Source: an uncultured Bacteroidales bacterium (GTDB lineage: Bacteria > Bacteroidota > Bacteroidia > Bacteroidales > Paludibacteraceae). Taken from it: DNA of 64,000 nucleotides. The notes beneath the pieces are model-generated. The model was not told where the DNA came from. It saw only the letters and a list, made by a program, of their open reading frames with translations, and did not search any database. The translations under genes and the position numbers were made by a program. Location of the stretch: positions 31,063-95,062 of the forward strand of contig CAIUTB010000003.1 of assembly GCA_903901975.1 (NCBI GenBank), written 5' to 3'. Shown here one piece after another: positions 9,271 through 18,547 of this stretch; the stretch's first letter is position 1; every line of letters begins with the position of its first letter.

Positions 9271-10452
9271 ATGAGCAATACAAATAGCGATGTCTTGAGA
9301 ACAATCGGGATTTTTAACGACAGTTTTCCTCCTATTATGGATGGAGTTTCACTCACAACAAAAAATTACGCTTATTGGCTTCAGCAGAAAAATCAACCCG
9401 TTTGTGTTGTAACCCCCAAATCACCCAATTACTTTGATAATGAGCAGTATCCTATTTACAGGTACACTTCCATTCCAATTTTAATGCGAAAACCCTATCG
9501 GTTTGGTATGCCTGATATTGATTTGTCATACAAAAGGGAAATTAATAAAGTTTCATTTGGACTGGTGCATGCTCATTGTCCGTTTAGCTCCGGTAAAGAA
9601 GCCCTGCGAATTGCGCGAAAACAGAAAATTCCAATAGTTGCGACGTTTCACTCCAAATATAGATCAGATTTTGAACAATCACTCCGAAGTAAATTTATTG
9701 CAGGTTTGATGACAAATGAAGTAATCCGTTTTTATGAAAAAGCCGATGAGGTATGGATTCCACAGGCTTCTGTCGAGGAAACAATTCGTGAATATGGGTA
9801 TAAAGGGAAAGTTGAAATAGTAGATAACGGGAATGATTTTGCTAGTAAGGACCCGATTGTGCCAATTAAAAAGGCAGCACGAAATAAATTGAATATTCCT
9901 GACGAACAATCCATACTTTTGTTTGTAGGCCAGCATATTTGGGAGAAAAACACTCGGTTGATAGTTGAATCGCTGGCTGAAATTAAAGATTTGCCTTTCA
10001 AAATGTTTTTTATTGGTGTGGGTTATGCTGCTTCTGATTTAAAACAATTAGTCACAGACTTAGGATTGAACGATAAAGTTGAATTTTTGGGTATGATTAC
10101 TGAACGTGATACACTAAAACAGTATTATGCCGCAGCCGATTTGTTTTTATTTCCTTCGATTTACGACAATGCTCCGTTGGTAGTTCGTGAGGCAGGTGCA
10201 CTGCATACTCCATCTGTATTAGTTTCCGGTGCATCGTCCGCAGAAAACATAACTGATGGATTTAATGGATTCTTGACTGAAAATTCGGTTGAATCATTTT
10301 CGGCAAAATTACGCGAATTGATTAGTACCCCCGAAAAAATCCATATTGCCGGATTAAATGCTTCGCAAACTATTGCTCGCTCCTGGGAGAGTGTGACTGA
10401 TGAAGTGCTCGACCGCTACAATCACTTAATGATTAGGAAATGGAAGAAATAA
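9271..10452 (+). CDS. family 4 (GT-B) glycosyltransferase
   Basis: 393 aa. The N-terminal IGIFNDSFPPIMDGV and C-terminal FLFPS..D..PLVVREA.A...P motifs are typical of GT4 enzymes. Confidence 0.85.
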   Translation: MSNTNSDVLRTIGIFNDSFPPIMDGVSLTTKNYAYWLQQKNQPVCVVTPKSPNYFDNEQYPIYRYTSIPILMRKPYRFGMPDIDLSYKREINKVSFGLVHAHCPFSSGKEALRIARKQKIPIVATFHSKYRSDFEQSLRSKFIAGLMTNEVIRFYEKADEVWIPQASVEETIREYGYKGKVEIVDNGNDFASKDPIVPIKKAARNKLNIPDEQSILLFVGQHIWEKNTRLIVESLAEIKDLPFKMFFIGVGYAASDLKQLVTDLGLNDKVEFLGMITERDTLKQYYAAADLFLFPSIYDNAPLVVREAGALHTPSVLVSGASSAENITDGFNGFLTENSVESFSAKLRELISTPEKIHIAGLNASQTIARSWESVTDEVLDRYNHLMIRKWKK

Positions 10453-11522
10453 TCCAACAAACAGAAAAAAAAAATTCAAAACCATATAAAACCTATCAGG
10501 TTCTTATACCGGTTTTACTTGGCTTATTTGTTATCGGTTGGCTTTTTCTTGACGAATTTGATACCGATGTTTTCTTATCGTTTAACTTTACTTTTGTCAG
10601 TGCTTTATTTATTGTGTTGGCATTTATACTTATGTTGACACGTGACTTTGGCATGATGTGGCGCTTTAGATTGCTGACAGATAGAGATTTATCCTGGAAG
10701 CAGGCTTTTCATATAAATGTATTGAGCGAATTTACCTCGGCAGTAACTCCTGCAATTGTGGGTGGTTCAAGTTTGGTAGTTATTTTTCTGATCAAAGAGG
10801 GAATCAATGCCGGACGTAGCACTACGATTATGTTTGTCAATTTGTTGTTGGATGAATTGTTCTTTTTAGTCGTTTGTCCATTGGTGTTTTTGTTTATTCC
10901 ATTAAAGGAATTATTTAATTCTTCATCAGTAATTGTATCAACTTTTGCAGTTGTTTTTACAAGTTTGTATTTCACTCGGTTAGTTTGGACAAGTATCATG
11001 TTTATCGGTATTTTCAAGCGTCCAAACTGGATTCGTCAAATGCTACTGACACTTTTTAAATTGCCGGTTTTGCGCCGTTGGTATTCAAAAGTAGATTTGT
11101 TGACTAATAATTTGTTACAAGCATCCAAAGATATAGGTAATCGATCATACTGGTTTTGGATTCAGGCTTTTTGTACCACTTTATTGACCTGGTCAGCACG
11201 TTTTTTGGTTGTAAATGCCGTATTTATGGCATTCAATCCTGAACATATCAATCACTTGATTGTATTTGCACGTCAAATGGTACTTTGGGTTTTTATGGTG
11301 GTAAGTCCTACCCCCGGCGGTAGTGGTGTCACTGAATATGCATTTAAGGAATATTACAGTGATGTTTTTTCGTCTGCCAGTGCCGTTATTTTTGTTACTT
11401 TTGTGTGGAGAATAATTAGTTACTATTTATATTTACTGTTGGGCATTTTGGTAATTCCAAACTGGATAAAAAAATCATTTGGTAAAAATGTAGCAGAATC
11501 TACTCAAAGTACATTAGTCTGA
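10440..11522 (+). CDS. flippase-like membrane protein (lysylphosphatidylglycerol-synthase TM-region / UPF0104 family)
   Basis: 360 aa, polytopic, with the P.PGG.G..E motif (SPTPGGSGVTEY). It overlaps the GT4 stop by 13 nt, suggesting translational coupling. Confidence 0.7.
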   Translation: MEEIIQQTEKKNSKPYKTYQVLIPVLLGLFVIGWLFLDEFDTDVFLSFNFTFVSALFIVLAFILMLTRDFGMMWRFRLLTDRDLSWKQAFHINVLSEFTSAVTPAIVGGSSLVVIFLIKEGINAGRSTTIMFVNLLLDELFFLVVCPLVFLFIPLKELFNSSSVIVSTFAVVFTSLYFTRLVWTSIMFIGIFKRPNWIRQMLLTLFKLPVLRRWYSKVDLLTNNLLQASKDIGNRSYWFWIQAFCTTLLTWSARFLVVNAVFMAFNPEHINHLIVFARQMVLWVFMVVSPTPGGSGVTEYAFKEYYSDVFSSASAVIFVTFVWRIISYYLYLLLGILVIPNWIKKSFGKNVAESTQSTLV

Positions 11523-11549
11523 CTTCTAATTGAATAAACATTTTTCGTT

Positions 11550-13196
11550 ATGATAAAAAAGATATTTCTCACAATTTTGCTTGCACTTTCATTGAATGCC
11601 GGATTTGCCTGTACCAATTTTTTAGTTGGAAAAGCTGCCACACTCGACGGCTCGACGCTGATTTCGTACAATGCTGATTCATATTTTCTTTTTGGTGCGT
11701 TATATCATTATCCGGCAGCCACTTATCCTGTAGGAGCAATGCTGGATATTCACGATTGGGATTCAGGGAAATTACTTGGAAAAATCAAGCAAGTTGAGAA
11801 AACATACTCAGTCATTGGAAACATGAATGAGCACCAACTCAGTATTGGCGAAACAACTTTTGGTGGTCGTGAAGAACTCGTAGATACGACTGCCATAATG
11901 GATTATGGAAGTTTGATTTACGTTACACTACAACGTGCTAAAACTGCTCGCGAAGCTATAAAAGTCATGACTGATTTGGTAGCAGAATATGGTTATTACA
12001 GCGAAGGTGAATCATTTTCCATTGCCGATCCGAATGAGGTTTGGATTATGGAAATGGTTGGGAAAGGTGCTCACAATAAAGGTGCTATTTGGGTAGCCCA
12101 GCGCATTCCTGACGATTGTATCTCGGCACATGCCAATCAGGCTCGAATCACTACTTTTCCTTACGACGATAAAAATGTTTGCATGTATTCGGAAGATGTG
12201 ATTGCATTTGCCCGTGAGAAAGGCTATTTCAAAGGAAAAAACAAAGATTTCAGTTTCTCTGACACCTATGCTCCTCTCGATTATGTGGCCTTACGAGCTT
12301 GTGAAGCTCGTGTATGGGCATTTTTTAGAAAATTCGATCCAACAATTGATAAATATATTTCATACATTAAAGGTGAAACGTTGGAGCGTATTCCCTTGTG
12401 GATAAAACCTTCGGTTAAGCTATCGGCTCAGAAATTGAAAGAATGTATGCGTGACCAATACGAAGGAACTGAATTTGATATGACTAAAGGTATTGCTGCC
12501 GGACCATTTGGCAGTAAATTGCGTTGTAGTCCGCTCACATATAAAGTGGACAGCGTGGAATATGTTCATGAACGTCCAACAGCTACTCAACAAACCGGTT
12601 TTACATTTGTAGCACAAATGCGGAGTTGGATACCCGATTATATTGGCGGAATTCTTTGGTTTGGAGTTGATGATGCTGCCACAGGACTCTATGTGCCTAT
12701 TTATTGTGGCATGGATAAAGTACCGGAATGTTACCGTCAGGATAATGGCAGTTTGTTGGAATATTCTCCCACTTCTGCTTTCTGGATTTATAATTCAGTG
12801 GCAAATTATGCCTACAGCAAATATTCATATATGTATGCCGATATTAAAAAAGTACAAACCAAATGGGAGAACGACTTTAACTCCCTTGTTCCTGCCATTG
12901 ATAAAGTCGCGGTTGGTATGTCCGAAGCAGATGCACGCGTTTTCCTGACCGATTTTAGTGTTGCTCAGGCTGAAAACTCAACGGCTGCGTGGAAGAAATT
13001 GGGTGAATATTTGTTGCTGAAATATATGGACGGGAACATTAAAAAGGAAAAAGATGGAAAGTTTGTTCAAAATGAATATAAAATCCCTACATCCATTATC
13101 CGTGCAGGTTATCCGGAAGAGTTCCTGCGTAAAATGATAAAAGAAAATCCGGGTTTTAAAGTGAAAACTGTAGAAGAAATGAAGAATAGAAAGTAA
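11550..13196 (+). CDS. C69-family dipeptidase
   Basis: 548 aa. A signal peptide is followed directly by the nucleophile Cys in ACTNFLVGK, and the length is typical of C69 enzymes. Confidence 0.9.
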   Translation: MIKKIFLTILLALSLNAGFACTNFLVGKAATLDGSTLISYNADSYFLFGALYHYPAATYPVGAMLDIHDWDSGKLLGKIKQVEKTYSVIGNMNEHQLSIGETTFGGREELVDTTAIMDYGSLIYVTLQRAKTAREAIKVMTDLVAEYGYYSEGESFSIADPNEVWIMEMVGKGAHNKGAIWVAQRIPDDCISAHANQARITTFPYDDKNVCMYSEDVIAFAREKGYFKGKNKDFSFSDTYAPLDYVALRACEARVWAFFRKFDPTIDKYISYIKGETLERIPLWIKPSVKLSAQKLKECMRDQYEGTEFDMTKGIAAGPFGSKLRCSPLTYKVDSVEYVHERPTATQQTGFTFVAQMRSWIPDYIGGILWFGVDDAATGLYVPIYCGMDKVPECYRQDNGSLLEYSPTSAFWIYNSVANYAYSKYSYMYADIKKVQTKWENDFNSLVPAIDKVAVGMSEADARVFLTDFSVAQAENSTAAWKKLGEYLLLKYMDGNIKKEKDGKFVQNEYKIPTSIIRAGYPEEFLRKMIKENPGFKVKTVEEMKNRK

Positions 13197-13220
13197 AGAA
13201 CCTAAGCTGTTTTTTAACAA

Positions 13221-13254
13221 GGGAGAAAATTGTAGAAATTATTCTCCCTTTTTT
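13221..13254 (+). terminator. intrinsic terminator after the dipeptidase gene
   Basis: GGGAGAA-loop-TTCTCCC is followed by TTTTTT. Confidence 0.7.
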
Positions 13255-13330
13255 ATTCACAAAATCAAACATTTTATTAATGTCGAGCGTTTAAAAAATA
13301 ATAGTTGATAACAATAAAATTTAAAAAGGT

Positions 13331-13963
13331 ATGAAAATAGTTGTTTTTGGAGCAACTGGTAAAACCGGTTCTCTTTTGATAGAACAGGCATTGGCAAAAG
13401 GTCATCAGGTGACAGCGTATGTTCGTAATCCGCAATCAATAAAAATTGAAAATCCAAATTTAAAAATTGTGGTTGGTAATCTGAGTGAAACGCTCAAACT
13501 GAAAGATGCGTTGGTAGGAGCTGAGGCTTGTTTTTCAACACTTGGTGGCAATTCGCTTACGAAACGTTCGCCAGATCTTGTTTTGGGGATTGAAAATATT
13601 GTTCAAGTAATGGAGCAGGAAGTTGTGCCTCGCTTTATCTATTTATCGAGTTTTGGTGCGGGTGACAGTAAATTGTTAATGCCCGGAATTTTGAAGTTTT
13701 TTATGGTAGATTTATTTTTACGCGTTCCGCTAGCCGATCATAATATGAACGAGCAACGAATTATGAGCAGTAAGCTTCAATGGACATTAGTGCGTCCCGG
13801 TGGTTTAACCGAGGGACCATTCACCGGAAATATAAGCTTTGGTACTGATGCTTTTAAACAAGGGAAAACCAGCATTTCAAGAGCCGATGTAGCTGCCTTT
13901 ATGCTCAGTCAGTTGGAAGATTCAAGCTATAGTAAAAAAGCCGTCTGGTTGTTTGAAAAGTAA
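13331..13963 (+). CDS. NAD(P)H-binding (atypical SDR / NmrA-BVR-B-like) oxidoreductase
   Basis: 210 aa with the Rossmann motif MKIVVFGATGKTG. Confidence 0.8.
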   Translation: MKIVVFGATGKTGSLLIEQALAKGHQVTAYVRNPQSIKIENPNLKIVVGNLSETLKLKDALVGAEACFSTLGGNSLTKRSPDLVLGIENIVQVMEQEVVPRFIYLSSFGAGDSKLLMPGILKFFMVDLFLRVPLADHNMNEQRIMSSKLQWTLVRPGGLTEGPFTGNISFGTDAFKQGKTSISRADVAAFMLSQLEDSSYSKKAVWLFEK

Positions 13964-14842
13964 TTATTCTTCACGCCAACGTTTGGTCAAATCACCAAAA
14001 CTGTCAATCCGGCGGTCACGGAAAAAAGGCCACATACGCCGAACTGTTTCGCTTCTGTTGAGATCAATTTCAATAATAATATTTTCTTCTTTATCGTTTG
14101 ATGCTTCAACGATAATCTCGCTCTGTGGTCCGACTACGAAACTGTTTCCCCAGAATTGAATGCCATTAGTTACGCCGGATGGATCAGCTTCATAGCCAAT
14201 TCGATTGCAGGTAATAACGTGAAGCCCGTTAGCCACGGCATGACCTCGTTGAACGGTTATCCATGCTTCATTTTGCCTTTGTTTTTCGTCATCTGAATCC
14301 GTGCTTTCCCATCCAATAGCCGTTGGGTAAATCAATATTTCAGCTCCGGCCATCGCCATTAAACGGGCTGCTTCAGGATACCATTGATCCCAACAAACCA
14401 ATACGCCGAGTTTTCCTACCGAAGTCTGAATCGGTTCAAAACCCAAATCTCCGGGAGTAAAATAGAATTTTTCGTAATAAGCCGGATCATCCGGAATGTG
14501 CATTTTGCGGTATTTCCCGGCAATAGTTCCATCTTTTTCAATTACTACTGCGGTATTGTGATACAAGCCTACAGCACGTTTTTCGAATAACGAAAGCACC
14601 AACACAATACCTAATTCTTTCGCCATTTTCCCAAATTTCTCAGTTGAAGTACCGGGAATAGTTTCGGCTTGTTCAAAAACAGTTGGATCTTCAGTCTGAC
14701 AGAAATATAAACCATTATGAAGTTCCTGTAAAACAATTAATTCAGCTCCTTTTGCAGCACACGAACGAATGTTTAGCTCCAGTTTAGCCAAGTTTTCAGT
14801 ATGATTGGCAGTGTTGGATTGTTGGATTAATGCTATTTTCAT
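13964..14842 (-). CDS. aguB: N-carbamoylputrescine amidase (nitrilase superfamily)
   Basis: 292 aa. It has the carbon-nitrogen hydrolase catalytic context LQELH, GKYRK.HIPD and VCWDQWYPE, and it lies next to agmatine deiminase. Confidence 0.9.
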   Translation of the reverse strand: MKIALIQQSNTANHTENLAKLELNIRSCAAKGAELIVLQELHNGLYFCQTEDPTVFEQAETIPGTSTEKFGKMAKELGIVLVLSLFEKRAVGLYHNTAVVIEKDGTIAGKYRKMHIPDDPAYYEKFYFTPGDLGFEPIQTSVGKLGVLVCWDQWYPEAARLMAMAGAEILIYPTAIGWESTDSDDEKQRQNEAWITVQRGHAVANGLHVITCNRIGYEADPSGVTNGIQFWGNSFVVGPQSEIIVEASNDKEENIIIEIDLNRSETVRRMWPFFRDRRIDSFGDLTKRWREE

Positions 14843-14948
14843 GACCCCTCCTGGCCTCCCCTAAAGGGGCGGAATTAAGTTAGTATTGTTTTAAATTTCA
14901 GTGTAAATTATATATTAAACCTCTTTTTCCCCTTTAGGGGCTAGGGGC
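14843..14948. repeat. MITE/Correia-like inverted-repeat element, copy A (aguA-aguB spacer)
   Basis: The left arm contains CCCCTAAAGGGG (14858-14869). The right arm is CCCCTTTAGGGGCTAGGGGC (14929-14948), whose reverse complement is identical over 20/20 nt to the left end of copy C. The interior is AT-rich. Confidence 0.8.
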
Positions 14949-15962
14949 TTTTGGATATTGCATTGTCACACAATGAAGCGAGCCGTGTTGTTTGATTAAA
15001 GCATTACAATTGATGCCAATAATTTCTCTGTCAGGAAAAGCTTTTTGTAACTGTTGTTTTGCAATTTCGTCTTTTGCTGAATTGTATGTTGGCACCAAAA
15101 CTGCTCCATTGATGATTAAAAAATTTGCATACGTTGCCGGAAGGCGTTCGCCTTCAAAATAAATTTCATCAGCCATTGGAAGTGGAATAAGTCGGTAATA
15201 TCTTCCTTCGGGAGTTTTAAACATCCGAAGCTCTTTTTTCATTTTCTTTAATTCCAAAAAATGCTCATCCGCTTCATCTTCACATCTTACATAAGCCATG
15301 GTACTTCTGTCGCATAATCGTACCAATGTGTCCACATGACTGTCAGTATCATCACCCGCCAGATAACCATGTTCTAACCACAAAACCTGTTTCAGTCCGA
15401 AATAATCTTTCAACCGTTCTTCCACATCATCCTCGGACAAATTATTCCTGTTGTCAGAAAGTAAACATTCCGCTGTTGTCAAAATAGTTCCTTCTCCGTC
15501 CGATTCTATGCTGCCGCCTTCCAAAATAAAGTCATAACAGTTTTTATGTCCTGAATCACCAAAGATACCAGCCATATATAGTTTTCGGGTAATCAGATTG
15601 TCATGATTTGCGGCAAATTTCATTCCCCAACCGTTAAACGTAAAATCGTAAACCACGCGTTTATCATCTTCAAAAACCGTTATTCCTCCATGGTCGCGCG
15701 CCCAGGTATCATTGGTTGGCATTTCGGCAAAAGTAATTTTATCCAGTTCATCTTCCATGAAAAATCCTTCCACTTCCTCGGCATCCACACACACAATCAG
15801 CAATTTTTCAAATCTGAGAATGGTTTTGGCAATGTTTACGAAACATTCATTCACTTCGTCGAGCATTTCAACCCAATCAGTATTCGCATGTGGCCAGGTA
15901 AGTTGAACGAATTCTTGTTCAGCCCATTCGGCAGGTAATATTTTTGTCAGAGGTGCTTTCAT
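14934..15962 (-). CDS. aguA: agmatine deiminase
   Basis: 342 aa. Motifs PAEW..Q....L.WPH, WARD.G and the C-terminal catalytic GS(L)HC.T.Q are present. The last 5 codons and the stop lie inside repeat copy A. Confidence 0.9.
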   Translation of the reverse strand: MKAPLTKILPAEWAEQEFVQLTWPHANTDWVEMLDEVNECFVNIAKTILRFEKLLIVCVDAEEVEGFFMEDELDKITFAEMPTNDTWARDHGGITVFEDDKRVVYDFTFNGWGMKFAANHDNLITRKLYMAGIFGDSGHKNCYDFILEGGSIESDGEGTILTTAECLLSDNRNNLSEDDVEERLKDYFGLKQVLWLEHGYLAGDDTDSHVDTLVRLCDRSTMAYVRCEDEADEHFLELKKMKKELRMFKTPEGRYYRLIPLPMADEIYFEGERLPATYANFLIINGAVLVPTYNSAKDEIAKQQLQKAFPDREIIGINCNALIKQHGSLHCVTMQYPKAPSP

Positions 15963-16049
15963 TGGTTTTGCAAAAATACAAAAAAACCTTCATTTTAGAC
16001 CGAAATAACAAAAAGTCATGAATATTGCGAAGATTTGCAGTGTTTTGAC

Positions 16050-16057
16050 TATTTTTG
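16050..16057 (+). promoter_or_regulatory. candidate -7 box TATTTTTG upstream of queC
   Basis: Matches TAnnTTTG and lies 20 nt upstream of the ATG at 16077. Confidence 0.35.
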
Positions 16058-16076
16058 TGCTCCAAAATTTGAAAAT

Positions 16077-16721
16077 ATGAAGGATATTGTAATACTTTAT
16101 TCGGGTGGAATGGATAGTTCGGTGGCTCTTTATCAGCATGCCGACCGAATCCGCCGGGCATTGACCTTTAATTACGGGTCGAAACATAATTTGCGTGAAA
16201 TAGAATATGCAAATAAAAATTGTGAAGCGCTTGGCATTGAACATCATGTGATTGACCTTGATATGAATAAAATGGGTTTTGTGTCCGATTTATTACAATC
16301 GGGTGGGGAAATTCCAAACGGGCATTATGAAGACCAAAATATGATTAAGACGGTTGTTCCGTTTCGTAACGGTATTATGTTGAGTATAGCTGCCGGAATA
16401 GCTGAAAGCATTGGCTGTGATAAACTTATGATTTCAAATCATGCCGGCGATCATGCCATTTATCCGGATTGTCGCGAGGAATTTATCCAGACTATGAGTC
16501 GTGCAATCAGCCTTGGAACATACAATCATTGTGAAATTATGGCACCATACACCAATCTTTCAAAACGAGAAATTGCATTGATTGGTAAAGAAATCGGTGT
16601 GCCATTCGAAGATACTTATTCTTGCTATAATGGACATGAGGTTCACTGCGGAACCTGCGGGACTTGTACTGAACGGAAGGAAGGACTTGCGGGATTTGAT
16701 CCGACAGTTTATGTGCAATAA
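16077..16721 (+). CDS. queC: 7-cyano-7-deazaguanine synthase
   Basis: The start is chosen at MKDIVILYSGGMDSS (PP-loop SGG.DS). The C-terminal zinc cluster C..G....CG.C..C is present. The longer ORF from 16035 would cover the candidate promoter. Confidence 0.9.
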   Translation: MKDIVILYSGGMDSSVALYQHADRIRRALTFNYGSKHNLREIEYANKNCEALGIEHHVIDLDMNKMGFVSDLLQSGGEIPNGHYEDQNMIKTVVPFRNGIMLSIAAGIAESIGCDKLMISNHAGDHAIYPDCREEFIQTMSRAISLGTYNHCEIMAPYTNLSKREIALIGKEIGVPFEDTYSCYNGHEVHCGTCGTCTERKEGLAGFDPTVYVQ

Positions 16722-16763
16722 AAATAGCATGAATAAATATACCTGAATTCGTCAAATAATATC

Positions 16764-16771
16764 TATTTTTG
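16764..16771 (+). promoter_or_regulatory. candidate -7 box TATTTTTG upstream of the carboxy(nor)spermidine dehydrogenase gene
   Basis: Matches TAnnTTTG and lies 46 nt upstream of the ATG at 16817. Confidence 0.35.
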
Positions 16772-16816
16772 TATTGTTCAAAATTGAGAATTGAAAATAA
16801 ATAAATTGATTATAAA

Positions 16817-18019
16817 ATGGGAAAAGTATTGATTATCGGCGCTGGAGGCGTGGGAACTGTTGTACTGAACAAAGTGGCTCAAAATACCGACGTATTTACT
16901 GAAATCATGTTGGCTAGTCGCACCAAATCAAAATGCGATGTTATTGCTGCGGACCTAAAAAAACGCTTTGGCGTTGAAATAAAAACGGCTCAGGTTGACG
17001 CTGATAATGTGCCGGAACTGGTTGCACTACTAAACGATTATAAACCGGAACTTCTTATCAATGTGGCACTTCCATATCAGGATTTGACTATTATGGATGC
17101 TTGTCTGGAAGCGGGTGTAAACTATTTGGATACTGCCAACTATGAACCAAAAGAAGAAGCTCACTTCGAATACAGCTGGCAATGGGCATACAAAGAACGT
17201 TTCGAAAAAGCGGGTCTGACTGCTATTCTTGGTTGCGGTTTCGACCCGGGCGTAACGAGCATTTATACCGCTTATGCAGCCAAACATCATTTCGACGAAA
17301 TTCATTACCTCGACATAGTGGATTGTAATGCCGGTGACCACGGAAAAGCATTTGCTACCAATTTCAATCCGGAAATCAATATCCGTGAGGTATCGCAACG
17401 CGGAAAATACTGGGAAAACGGACAATGGGTGGAAACTGAACCGCATCAAATTCACAAAGCATTAAATTATCCGGAAATAGGACCAAAAGAATCATATGTT
17501 ATTTACCACGAGGAACTTGAATCGTTGGTGAAGAACTATCCAACCATCAAACGTGCGCGTTTTTGGATGACATTTGGTCAGGAATATCTGACGCATTTAC
17601 GTGTTATTCAGAACATTGGTATGGCTCGCATCGACGAAGTGGAATATAATGGACAAAAAATTGTTCCAATTCAGTTTCTGAAAGCTGTTTTGCCAAATCC
17701 GGGCGATTTGGGCGAAAACTATACCGGATGGACTTCCATCGGTTGTCGTATCAAAGGCATCAAAGACGGACAGGAAAAAACATATTACGTGTATAATAAT
17801 TGCAGTCACGAAGCAGCATTTAAAGAAACCGGAGCTCAGGGCGTAAGTTACACCACAGGCGTGCCAGCCATGATTGGTGCCATGATGTTTATGAAAGGTA
17901 TTTGGAAAAAATCCGGCGTGTACAACGTAGAGGAATTCAATCCCGATCCGTTTATGGAACAACTAAATATCCACGGTTTGCCGTGGGTGGAATTGCATAA
18001 TATTGATTTGGAATTGTAA
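16817..18019 (+). CDS. carboxy(nor)spermidine dehydrogenase/synthase (saccharopine-dehydrogenase family)
   Basis: 400 aa with the Rossmann motif LIIGAGGVG. It has saccharopine-dehydrogenase-like length and lies in the same cluster as nspC. Confidence 0.85.
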   Translation: MGKVLIIGAGGVGTVVLNKVAQNTDVFTEIMLASRTKSKCDVIAADLKKRFGVEIKTAQVDADNVPELVALLNDYKPELLINVALPYQDLTIMDACLEAGVNYLDTANYEPKEEAHFEYSWQWAYKERFEKAGLTAILGCGFDPGVTSIYTAYAAKHHFDEIHYLDIVDCNAGDHGKAFATNFNPEINIREVSQRGKYWENGQWVETEPHQIHKALNYPEIGPKESYVIYHEELESLVKNYPTIKRARFWMTFGQEYLTHLRVIQNIGMARIDEVEYNGQKIVPIQFLKAVLPNPGDLGENYTGWTSIGCRIKGIKDGQEKTYYVYNNCSHEAAFKETGAQGVSYTTGVPAMIGAMMFMKGIWKKSGVYNVEEFNPDPFMEQLNIHGLPWVELHNIDLEL

Positions 18020-18113
18020 ACTGTCTGAATTATGATTTATATGATTAAATGATTGTTGTGATTTTTTGATTGCAACAGTCATTTTTCATATAAACGAATA
18101 AAAGAAGTCTATT

Positions 18114-18506
18114 ATGATTGATGAAAAGTACAAGTATTCAAAATTGACTGAAGCCATAATTGGTTGCTCCATGGAAGTTCACAAAATTCTTGGAAATGGT
18201 TTTCAGGAAGTAATTTATCAACGTGCATTAGAAATGGAAATGGGTTTACAAGGACTCAATTTTAGTAGGGAACATGAAATGCCGATTTATTACAAAAATA
18301 AACATATTGGTACCAGACGTGTTGATTTTTTGGTCGAAGGAGTTATTTCTGTTGAGATTAAAGCGGTAATTCAATTGGAAGATGTTCATTTGGCGCAAGC
18401 TATAAATTATTTAGAAGCTTATAATTTAGAAGTCGGATTATTGATTAACTTTGGAGCGAGAAGTTTAGCATTTAAAAGACTAACTAATACAAAGTTTAAA
18501 TTATAA
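18114..18506 (+). CDS. GxxExxY family protein (PD-(D/E)XK nuclease-like fold)
   Basis: 130 aa. It contains the eponymous motif GFQEVIY, the D..VE.K core (RRVDFLVEGVISVEIK) and the C-terminal LLINFG. Confidence 0.85.
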   Translation: MIDEKYKYSKLTEAIIGCSMEVHKILGNGFQEVIYQRALEMEMGLQGLNFSREHEMPIYYKNKHIGTRRVDFLVEGVISVEIKAVIQLEDVHLAQAINYLEAYNLEVGLLINFGARSLAFKRLTNTKFKL

Positions 18507-18547
18507 AGGCTGAATATCATATTAATCATTTAATCACCAAAATCATA

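Noticed and set aside
14929-14948. G-quadruplex or telomere-like reading of GGGGTTAGGGG / GGGGCTAGGGGC motifs in the repeat termini
   Set aside because: Only two or three G-runs occur per strand per element. The inverted-repeat and hairpin interpretation explains the pattern fully.
15963-16076. Possible preQ1 riboswitch upstream of queC
   Set aside because: I looked for the short P1 stem plus A-rich tail of preQ1-I. Only an A-rich stretch (ACCGAAATAACAAAAAG) is present, without a convincing stem, so it cannot be supported by eye.
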